A stretch of 64,000 nucleotides of DNA from a virus. Positions 47,132 through 54,694 of the stretch are shown here, one piece after another (the first letter of the stretch is position 1; each line of letters opens with the position of its first letter). The stretch lies in IMG/VR virus record IMGVR_UViG_3300011980_000002, positions 128,001 to 192,000 of that record. One strand, 5' to 3'. The notes below the pieces were generated by a model, which was given only the letters and a program-made list of their open reading frames with translations, did no database searches and was not told the origin of the DNA. The translations under genes were made by a program, and so were the position numbers.

Positions 47132-47162
47132 TTAGATTATAATTAAGAAAGGTTGTCAATAA

Positions 47163-48383
47163 ATGAGTACATTAGTCGCAAAGACTGGATTATTTACAAT
47201 TAGAGCTAATTTTACTAATAACTTAGTAAAGATATTGGAATATGCTTCAAGGACTTGTTATAATTCTTATGATAAGATAGATATTGATACTTGGAAAACT
47301 CATATTACATCAAGAATTAAAAGTAAGCATGAGTCTGTTATTGAGCATGGTAGATTTGCTGTTATAATAGATTATTCTGTGTTTGATATATTTCATTTCG
47401 ATGTAGAAGATGTCTATAAAGAAGTTGAAGTTATCAATAGGATAATGGCTGAAAGCAATTCTTTAATAAGATATGCTAAAGAAGATTATTACTTAATTAA
47501 ATATCCTAAAGTACCTATAATATCTTTATCGGGTAATATGAAAATGTGGAGAGATTTAATTAAGTTTATATTTACTAATAAATCAGAATATCTATCCAGT
47601 ACAATGAGATTTATCATAAAGATATTTGCTATATATGATAAAAAGTATAGTGATGTATTTGGATTAGATATACCTGAATTAATTAAATATAAACCAGTAT
47701 CTCTTGAAGGTAATTTATTTAATATCCCTAATGATAATATTATAGAAAATATTACTACAAGAGATAGATTAAATGATATAGAGAAGGATAAATTACCTAA
47801 GATATATGACAATAATGGAATTACTTCAAGACTAATTAATTTAGACCATTTTGGTAGAGGATTGTTAATAGAACCAGATATTCCATCACATATATTAGAG
47901 TATTTAAGAGACCATGTGTTAGATATAAACTCTGTAACTTATGTAATAGACTTACCAAGAGCTATATCATTACAAGAAGCAAGACATAGAATAAATTCTA
48001 TATCTCAAAGGTCTCAAAGATATGTTAATGAGTCAATAGAAGATTCTACATATTATATACCAGATTATATAGATAAGGATAAGAAGTATAAATTGGACAA
48101 TGGTATAGAAATATCGTATGATGAATATTTTAAATTATCTTTATCTTTATATAATGAATTAATTAAAGATAAAATAAAGAAAGAAGATAGTAGGTTTGTA
48201 TTACCTAGTGGAATGAATACTACTATGATAATAACTAAACCACTACATACATTACCTCATTATTTCTTTGAAAGATGTGCTAAAGGAGCACAGAAAGAGA
48301 TAAGAGAACCTGCTATAGCATTAAGAGATTTATTAAATACATCATATAACTATGTAACTGGTGAAGATAATAAATTATTTTAA
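47163..48383 (+). CDS. thyX: flavin-dependent thymidylate synthase ThyX (unusually long, 406 aa)
   Basis: HESVIEHG (HxSxxEH), the ThyX signature RHRINSISQRSQRY (RHRxxSxxxxSxRY) and C-terminal AQKEIREPA. Confidence 0.85.
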   Translation: MSTLVAKTGLFTIRANFTNNLVKILEYASRTCYNSYDKIDIDTWKTHITSRIKSKHESVIEHGRFAVIIDYSVFDIFHFDVEDVYKEVEVINRIMAESNSLIRYAKEDYYLIKYPKVPIISLSGNMKMWRDLIKFIFTNKSEYLSSTMRFIIKIFAIYDKKYSDVFGLDIPELIKYKPVSLEGNLFNIPNDNIIENITTRDRLNDIEKDKLPKIYDNNGITSRLINLDHFGRGLLIEPDIPSHILEYLRDHVLDINSVTYVIDLPRAISLQEARHRINSISQRSQRYVNESIEDSTYYIPDYIDKDKKYKLDNGIEISYDEYFKLSLSLYNELIKDKIKKEDSRFVLPSGMNTTMIITKPLHTLPHYFFERCAKGAQKEIREPAIALRDLLNTSYNYVTGEDNKLF

Positions 48384-48390
48384 TTAAAGT

Positions 48391-48438
48391 GAAGAAGATA
48401 ACCTTAGAAATTAATCTAGGTTATCTTCTTCTATTTTT
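48391..48438 (+). terminator. Rho-independent terminator
   Basis: GAAGAAGATAACCTAG-like 16-17-bp stem (GAAGAAGATAACCTTAG / CTAGGTTATCTTCTTC) followed by a T-run. Confidence 0.8.
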
Positions 48439-48533
48439 ATGTATTATGGTACAAAAATAAAAATTATAAGAATATAAATCATAAAGAGTAGTACGCACTT
48501 ATTGTGCACAGAACTTAAAATAAATATCCAAAC

Positions 48534-48559
48534 TAATTTATTTTACAGGAAAGGAAATA
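48534..48559 (+). repeat. 26-nt exact repeat copy 2 (orphan copy of the dut leader, no ATG follows)
   Basis: Identical to 1724-1749. It is followed by ATATTAATTC... with no start codon within normal spacing. Confidence 0.9.
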
Positions 48560-48627
48560 TATTAATTCTTTTTAAATCTTTATACCATTACCAAAATGTT
48601 TGTTTATGGCTCATGGGTGGAAAGTTT

Positions 48628-48646
48628 ATATACTATTAACTTGTAA
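48628..48646 (+). promoter_or_regulatory. phage promoter-like core ATATACTATTAACTTGTAA
   Basis: Family member, 40 nt upstream of the ATG at 48686. Confidence 0.5.
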
Positions 48647-48685
48647 CTGAAATATTATTACTTATGGAAAAGGAGAAAAAGAAAT

Positions 48686-49003
48686 ATGAGTAAGGATTTT
48701 AATTTATCCTATGTATCACCAATAAAGGAAGAAGTTGATAATGATAAATCTAAAGTAAAAATTAAGAAAAAAGATTCTTATTATAGTTATGATAAGATGG
48801 AGAAAGATGCAGATTGTATAGAGGAGTATCTTAATATCTTAGAGAGATTTGCTATTATAACAAATCTTACTCCAGAGAAATATAAAAAGGCTATGAAAAA
48901 ATCTAGGAAACTTGTTAAGTTGCTTAGAGAAGGGAAAGGAGAAAAAGTCTATGATAAAGATAGATATGATGAATATATGGCTAGGGTAGAAAATCATGAG
49001 TAA
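48686..49003 (+). CDS. hypothetical protein
   Basis: 105-codon ORF with leader AAAGGAGAAAAAGAAATATG. Confidence 0.7.
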   Translation: MSKDFNLSYVSPIKEEVDNDKSKVKIKKKDSYYSYDKMEKDADCIEEYLNILERFAIITNLTPEKYKKAMKKSRKLVKLLREGKGEKVYDKDRYDEYMARVENHE

Positions 49004-49475
49004 AAAGACCACTGTCTATATGTATTATCATAAAGATAGATTGTATGGATGGTCTACTAATAAAAAATTAAGTACTAATTTTGAATTACAGCGTAATATG
49101 GAAATTGTTAAGAGATTAGAGAAGAAGATGTCTATAGAAGAGTTAAATGCTATTAAGATTGCTTATAAAGATAATGAATTAATAGAAATTCCTTTAGACA
49201 CTTCTTCTAATAGCTATACTATGATAATTGGTACTTATTTAGAAGACCAGAAATTAAATCATGAGTATGAAAAATTCCTTATAGAGATAAGCAATATAAG
49301 TAAGATGTTAGATAGGTTATATATATCTGACGATAATGATACTTTTATAAAATACTGTAGGGAATTAATTACATGTAATTACTTAGAAAAAGATACTACT
49401 TCTAACAAGTTACATAACCAATTTACTGGGGATATGGTAAAAATGTTCTTTAATCTCTTTAAAGATACATTTTAA
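48996..49475 (+). CDS. hypothetical protein
   Basis: 159-codon ORF overlapping the upstream stop by 8 nt (ATGAGTAA coupling). Confidence 0.65.
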   Translation: MSKKTTVYMYYHKDRLYGWSTNKKLSTNFELQRNMEIVKRLEKKMSIEELNAIKIAYKDNELIEIPLDTSSNSYTMIIGTYLEDQKLNHEYEKFLIEISNISKMLDRLYISDDNDTFIKYCRELITCNYLEKDTTSNKLHNQFTGDMVKMFFNLFKDTF

Positions 49476-49522
49476 GATATTAACATAATAAAATTTATAC
49501 ACAGGAAAGGAAGATAAGAATT

Positions 49523-50080
49523 ATGTTAAAGACAAATATATTACACGAGGAAATTGTTACTGATGAGAATAAGCAAGAAATTCTCAATTTGGAATTGATA
49601 GGATTATCTGATGCACCATCAGATGTTCACGATGAGTACGATAATGGTGATATTATTGTAATATCAAAAGAAGATGATGCTTTACATATTAAAGCATTTG
49701 TAAACTATATTGGTATTGATAAGGTAACCGATTCTACTATGGCTTTAATTGCTAATAAAGTATCTAAAGCAGTTAAAGCTTCTAATAAAGGTAAAGCTAC
49801 TAAGATAAATAAAATAGTAGTTAGATGTAGTAATAAGAATATATGTAGTAGTAAAGTTATCTGTATTAATTCATTCTCAAGATGGATAGAGTTATATACG
49901 GATATTAAATTAATGATACCAAATTATTTATATGAAAAGATGTCAGCACCACAAACTACTGAAATAGAAATGGATCATCACTGTGGATGTGGTTGTCATC
50001 ATGATAAAGATAAAAAGAAAGATAAGAAAAAGGATAAGAAGAAGAAAGATAAGAAAAAAGCAAAGAAGAGTAAGAAGTAA
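49523..50080 (+). CDS. hypothetical protein with HHCGCGCHH cluster and poly-Lys/Asp tail
   Basis: 185-codon ORF. C-terminus MDHHCGCGCHHDKDKKKDKKKDKKKKDKKKAKKSKK. Confidence 0.65.
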   Translation: MLKTNILHEEIVTDENKQEILNLELIGLSDAPSDVHDEYDNGDIIVISKEDDALHIKAFVNYIGIDKVTDSTMALIANKVSKAVKASNKGKATKINKIVVRCSNKNICSSKVICINSFSRWIELYTDIKLMIPNYLYEKMSAPQTTEIEMDHHCGCGCHHDKDKKKDKKKDKKKKDKKKAKKSKK

Positions 50081-50112
50081 ATATTAAATTTATGAAAGGA
50101 TAGTTAGTTATA

Positions 50113-52173
50113 ATGGAACCTATCATAAAGCATATTTCCACAGAAGAAGAAATGAAGAAGCATATAAAACCATTATATGTAATTCATGATTATATGGATA
50201 ATGATGAATCATACATAGATTTTCAAGAGTCTATGTATGATTTGATTAAAGGATGTTTCGAATATCATAAACTGAGGACTTATCCGATTAATTTTAAATT
50301 CTATGAAAGTGATACAAAAGTTCATACATTAGAACTTAGATTTTTCGTAGTAAATTTATTTTATTGGTATCCTCTTATTAATTTAAACAAGTTTAAAGAT
50401 GTTATAGATGAGAGTTTTATCATTACTAAATCTACCGATGTAATTCATATTAATAAGTGGATTGATAATTTAATGATAACCTTATCTGATTATCATGTTA
50501 AACCTGTTGTAATAAACAGATACATTTCTACAGCCTTATATAATATAAGAAGAGTCAATGCAGACTTTTCTGAAATTATGGGACTAAACTTTGATTTAGT
50601 AACTATATTTGAAATGTATTGTAATAATAAGACGATACATGATTTGATGGAACTAAATATAGATGAGGAAATGCAACCTAATGAAATAGAGGAAATCTTA
50701 TTAGACGCAGAAGAGAAATTAATTAATGAATTAATGTCTATTAAGAATAATCCTATCGGGACAATATTAAGAAGTGGAACTGGTATTAAACATAAGCAAG
50801 CTGTAGAGTTCTTTATATCTAAAGGACTAATGCCTACAATAGATGGAACTACTATACCATTACCAATAAAGAATTCTACTTTAATTGGTGGTATTAGTAA
50901 AGCTTCTGATTTATATATAGATGGTACAGGTTCACGAAAGTCATTAATAATGTCTCATACGGTAATGGGTAATGCCGGTCATTTTGGTAAGATGTTAGCC
51001 GAATTAGCCAGAACTTTATCATTATCTAAAAGAGTTGCAGATTGTGGTACTAAGCATAGAGTTAAATACTTTGTAGAAAGTAAGAAATTCTTAAAGAAAT
51101 TAGATAATAGATATTTCTCATTAACTAAGAACGGGGAATTGGAATTACTTAAGGCTAATAAGATGGAATATCTTATTAATAAAGAAATTTATGTAAGATC
51201 CCCAGCTACTTGTTGTTTAGAGAATGAAGTATGTCCAAGATGTATGGGCAAAATAGCTACATTTAATTTCGATATTGCGGCAGGATTTTGTGCTTTCTTA
51301 ATTAAAGAAGTTACTAAAGTATTAGAGCAGAATATATTATCTACTAAGCATCTACTTACTACAACTTCAGAGAAGATTGAGTTTAATGAAACTTTCCATA
51401 AGTATTTCACATTATCATCTAATGAGGTTAATATTAATCTTAATGATAATGAAGAAATTGAATCTATTGAAGATTGGGTAATGATATTAAATAAAGATAC
51501 TATAGAGAAAGAAGATGATATGGATATGGAAGAAGGTCTTAATACATATATATCTGATGGTAAATTTACTGTTAAGAATATAAAGACTAATCAGACATTT
51601 GAAATATCAGAACTTGGAAAGAAGAATCTTTATTTATCAGATGAATTAATAGAATTATTTAAATCTAGTAGTACAATTAAATTCTCAGACTTGGATGAAA
51701 GTGCTCCACTATTTATTATTCAGATTTCTAATAATGAATTAACAAGACCATTGTATGAAATTATGGATATAATCAATACTAAGAAGAAAACTGACTTTGA
51801 AAGAACTATAGATAATATGGCACAAAGATTCGTTCAGTTATTAATAGAGTCTAAGATTGCTGCTCCTGCGGTATCTGCTGAAGTTATTATTAACAGATTA
51901 CTTAGACTTCCTGATGATATGTTTAATAGACCAGATTTCAATTCTGTCAAAATGCCAGATTATACTATTTCAACAAGTATGGCTTCTTTAGAGAGGAATA
52001 ACTCAGCTAGTGTTGGTTTAGCTTTTCAGTTCTTAAATAGGCAGTTAACTAACTTAGAGTCTTTCACTAAAAAGAGTTCACCATCATACCTCGACCCGTT
52101 ATTCAGAGAAGAGGTCTCAACTAAAAAGGTGAAGAAATTTATGAAATATATCAATAAAAAAGATAGGAAATAA
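50113..52173 (+). CDS. phage multisubunit RNAP beta-prime-like subunit, C-terminal polypeptide (regions E/F to H)
   Basis: RSGTGIKHKQAVEFFISKGLM (SGARGS..Q..QL.GMRGLM). DGTGSRKSLIMSHTVMGNAGHFGKMLAELA ([27 protein letters not shown]). CPRCMGKIA...STKHLLTT (C..CYG...TFH). Confidence 0.85.
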   Translation: MEPIIKHISTEEEMKKHIKPLYVIHDYMDNDESYIDFQESMYDLIKGCFEYHKLRTYPINFKFYESDTKVHTLELRFFVVNLFYWYPLINLNKFKDVIDESFIITKSTDVIHINKWIDNLMITLSDYHVKPVVINRYISTALYNIRRVNADFSEIMGLNFDLVTIFEMYCNNKTIHDLMELNIDEEMQPNEIEEILLDAEEKLINELMSIKNNPIGTILRSGTGIKHKQAVEFFISKGLMPTIDGTTIPLPIKNSTLIGGISKASDLYIDGTGSRKSLIMSHTVMGNAGHFGKMLAELARTLSLSKRVADCGTKHRVKYFVESKKFLKKLDNRYFSLTKNGELELLKANKMEYLINKEIYVRSPATCCLENEVCPRCMGKIATFNFDIAAGFCAFLIKEVTKVLEQNILSTKHLLTTTSEKIEFNETFHKYFTLSSNEVNINLNDNEEIESIEDWVMILNKDTIEKEDDMDMEEGLNTYISDGKFTVKNIKTNQTFEISELGKKNLYLSDELIELFKSSSTIKFSDLDESAPLFIIQISNNELTRPLYEIMDIINTKKKTDFERTIDNMAQRFVQLLIESKIAAPAVSAEVIINRLLRLPDDMFNRPDFNSVKMPDYTISTSMASLERNNSASVGLAFQFLNRQLTNLESFTKKSSPSYLDPLFREEVSTKKVKKFMKYINKKDRK

Positions 52174-52175
52174 CT

Positions 52176-52700
52176 ATGTTACTTAAAGCGTTATACTCGA
52201 ACGGACTAACACTATCTATTCAAAATAGTAATAAATTTGAATTAGATAGTACCATGTATTTATACATGAATACAATGAGAGATATAATATCTGATATTAG
52301 TATCAAAACCAATGGTTTAATATCATTGGTTAAATTTACAATAAGTGAGGAAATTGGTATTAGTATCAGATATTCTCCAACTAAAAGATTTACTATAGTA
52401 ATAGGAATAGATAATCTTAAAGAAATAAGTTCTATGGTTAAAATAGATATTGATTTAATCAATAAGTACTTTACCAATATAATAGATACTCTATTCTCTA
52501 TAGTATCTCAGAATAAATGTAACGATATTATACCAGATGATATGGAAGATGATGAATATACTCTTAAAATAGAAAATGCTATTAAAGAGATGGATAATAC
52601 CAGTTTCATTATGGCAATGACATTGTTTGGTATGATAGTTAATTTTAATAAAGCTATTATTAGTAGTAATGAATTATTAAATCAAAAACTTAAGAAATAA
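52176..52700 (+). CDS. hypothetical protein
   Basis: 174-codon ORF starting 3 nt after the upstream stop. Confidence 0.6.
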   Translation: MLLKALYSNGLTLSIQNSNKFELDSTMYLYMNTMRDIISDISIKTNGLISLVKFTISEEIGISIRYSPTKRFTIVIGIDNLKEISSMVKIDIDLINKYFTNIIDTLFSIVSQNKCNDIIPDDMEDDEYTLKIENAIKEMDNTSFIMAMTLFGMIVNFNKAIISSNELLNQKLKK

Positions 52701-52728
52701 AGATATTACAAGAAAGGAAATAAGAACT

Positions 52729-53307
52729 ATGAAGAATATAATGACAATGCAGGAAGTACTAGAAGCAATAAGAGCTAAAGCTAAACCTAATAAGGATGGT
52801 AGCGAAGGATTTACTTATAATAGATTTAACAAGAAAAGCTTTGAGAATCTATTAAGGGCAATGCTTAATGATACAGATGTAAAGATAGGTACCATTAAGG
52901 TTAAGAATAATGAAGTATCATCTAAAGAAGATATTATGGTTACACAAGAATTTCGTAAGTTCTTACAAAAGATTCTTAGAACTGCCGGAATAGATGCTGA
53001 AGACAGTAAAGCTATATTATCTAAAGATTTTATAATAGATAATGTGGATGGATTATATGAATTCTTTACCACTGCTATGTATATATACATGGACAATGGT
53101 AATAAGTTTGATATGATACCAACTGAAAACTTCAAAGGAAGTCTGTACATAAATAATGTAGCAGAAACTAAGAAGACTCAGGATGCAAAAAATCCTAAGG
53201 ACGGAAGTTCATTGGGTACATTTGAAACAACTAAGAAGACTCATAAGAAGTTATGTGTTAAGAGTAGTTGTCCAAGTTACTTGGTGAATAGAAAGAAGAT
53301 AAAGTAG
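52729..53307 (+). CDS. hypothetical protein (G/C-ending codon class)
   Basis: 192-codon ORF with AGAAAGGAA RBS. Confidence 0.65.
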   Translation: MKNIMTMQEVLEAIRAKAKPNKDGSEGFTYNRFNKKSFENLLRAMLNDTDVKIGTIKVKNNEVSSKEDIMVTQEFRKFLQKILRTAGIDAEDSKAILSKDFIIDNVDGLYEFFTTAMYIYMDNGNKFDMIPTENFKGSLYINNVAETKKTQDAKNPKDGSSLGTFETTKKTHKKLCVKSSCPSYLVNRKKIK

Positions 53308-53329
53308 TTTTAGCTTTTACAAAATTAAG

Positions 53330-53371
53330 AATAATAGATACTAGATTAATTTCTAGTATCTATTATTTTTT
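53330..53371 (+). terminator. Rho-independent terminator
   Basis: 15-bp stem AATAATAGATACTAG / CTAGTATCTATTATT followed by a T-run. Confidence 0.85.
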
Positions 53372-53372
53372 A

Positions 53373-53424
53373 TCCGTAATTTCTCTTAATATATATATAC
53401 TATTTACTTGTAAAATAAATATAT
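53373..53424 (+). promoter_or_regulatory. extended (class A) phage promoter, copy 4
   Basis: TCCGTAAT - N - (TA)n - ATATACTATTTACTTGTAA - AATAAATATAT. Confidence 0.6.
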
Positions 53425-53446
53425 TCAATAAAGGAGAAAAAGAAAT

Positions 53447-53635
53447 ATGTCAGATATAGTAACTGTTATGAGAAAAAGAGAATTAGCAAAGGCTAGTGAG
53501 ATTTTAAGAAGTTTGGATGAAAGAATTAGTAAGGACCTCGATGGTGGACATACACCTGAAAGGTATCATGAATGGCTCGATATTGTGGATTTGAAATATA
53601 TCATAGAGAGTTTAGTAAAACTCGAAGAGTCATAA
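53447..53635 (+). CDS. small hypothetical protein (62 aa)
   Basis: Leader AAAGGAGAAAAAGAAATATG. Single gene of a class A cassette. Confidence 0.65.
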   Translation: MSDIVTVMRKRELAKASEILRSLDERISKDLDGGHTPERYHEWLDIVDLKYIIESLVKLEES

Positions 53636-53684
53636 AAAATAAAACCCTTATAGATATAATTTCTATAAGGGTTTTATTTTTTTA
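53634..53684. terminator. bidirectional terminator shared with the convergent endolysin gene
   Basis: AAAACCCTTATAG ... CTATAAGGGTTTT stem flanked by A-run and T-run. Confidence 0.85.
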
Positions 53685-54548
53685 TTTAACTATAGAAAAT
53701 ATTGATAGGTCTGGGGTTTTTGTATTATATTCTTTTTTCCATTTACCATTACAATCTACAAAATAATATAAGTTATTATCTATTACAGACTGTATGTAAG
53801 CATTAGTAGCCATCTTTCCATCTTCTTTAAGATAATATGTACCACTTGATAATTCTAACCATTGGGAAGATAACATATGGCAATTCTTATTATCCATATA
53901 ATACCAATCATCACCACTCTTAAACCATCCGGTTATTGTGCATCCATCAGCATCAAATACATACCATAATCCATTTATTTTTTTCCAATTATCTTTAACG
54001 ATATTTCCATCTTCATCATAGTATATCCACTTATCACCAACTTTAGACCATTCTTGATTATGGTTTTCTATACTTGGTGGAGTTTGTAATATTTTATCAT
54101 ATTTTCTCAATTCATATTGGTTTATTATATCTAAATTCAGTTTAATATATTTACTATCTGTAGCATATCCAGCTTCTTTTAATATTTGTAAATATTCTTC
54201 TGGTGTAAATACATTTTTTAGTTTCCTATATCTTGGTAAGGATATAAAATCAAAATATCCTTTAATACCATCTTCTAAAGTTCTATAAACTCTAAAATTA
54301 TCTTTAATCGTAGTTTTAACTCCTGGTGTATACTCTTCTTTAGTCTTAAGATTAACAGAAGCTCCTGTCCATTTAGAACCAGTCTTCATACCGAAGTAAT
54401 TATGATAAGAAGCAGCTAATTTGGTATTACCCCACCCACTCTCTAATATAGCTTGAGAAATAATAACACTTGCTACTTTAATACCATATTTCGGAGCATA
54501 TATAATTACATATTTAGATATATTATCAATAAATTCTTGTTTCGTCAT
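53682..54548 (-). CDS. endolysin: N-terminal GH73 N-acetylglucosaminidase + C-terminal cell-wall-binding (CW_binding_1 / choline-binding-type) repeats
   Basis: SQAILESGWGNTKLAASYHNYFGMK (GH73 catalytic-Glu segment). C-terminal repeats of the G-W-x-K-x-x-G-x-W-Y-Y-F-D-x-D-G type (WKKINGLWYVFDADGCTITGWFKSGDDWYYMD, GTYYLKEDGKMATN). Confidence 0.85.
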   Translation of the reverse strand: MTKQEFIDNISKYVIIYAPKYGIKVASVIISQAILESGWGNTKLAASYHNYFGMKTGSKWTGASVNLKTKEEYTPGVKTTIKDNFRVYRTLEDGIKGYFDFISLPRYRKLKNVFTPEEYLQILKEAGYATDSKYIKLNLDIINQYELRKYDKILQTPPSIENHNQEWSKVGDKWIYYDEDGNIVKDNWKKINGLWYVFDADGCTITGWFKSGDDWYYMDNKNCHMLSSQWLELSSGTYYLKEDGKMATNAYIQSVIDNNLYYFVDCNGKWKKEYNTKTPDLSIFSIVK

Positions 54549-54694
54549 TACAATATAAATTTCCTTTCATTTTGTTTGATAATTTTTCTATTACTTATGT
54601 AAGTGTGATGAATCCCTTAAGAAAATTGACCCAAAAAACATATACCTAAGCTTATGCTATATAAAATAAAGAAAGGGGGATATAAGAATATTTT

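Noticed and set aside
47330-47990. Intein in ThyX as the explanation for its extra length
   Set aside because: There is no Cys/Ser/Thr at the putative N-junction, no His-Asn plus Cys/Ser/Thr C-junction, and no endonuclease (LAGLIDADG/HNH) motifs in the insert.
1753-48383. Possibility that the phage uses uracil-containing DNA like PBS1/AR9 (suggested by the AR9-like split RNAPs)
   Set aside because: The window encodes an apparently intact dUTPase and a ThyX thymidylate synthase, which argue for dTMP synthesis and dUTP exclusion. No dTMP-degrading or Ugi-like function could be recognised.
54620-54680. Sigma-70-like promoter TTGACC ... TATATAAAA upstream of the giant ORF
   Set aside because: The spacing between the TTGACC box and any TATAAT-like hexamer is 19-23 nt, and AT-rich DNA offers -10-like hexamers everywhere. 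This is not enough evidence.
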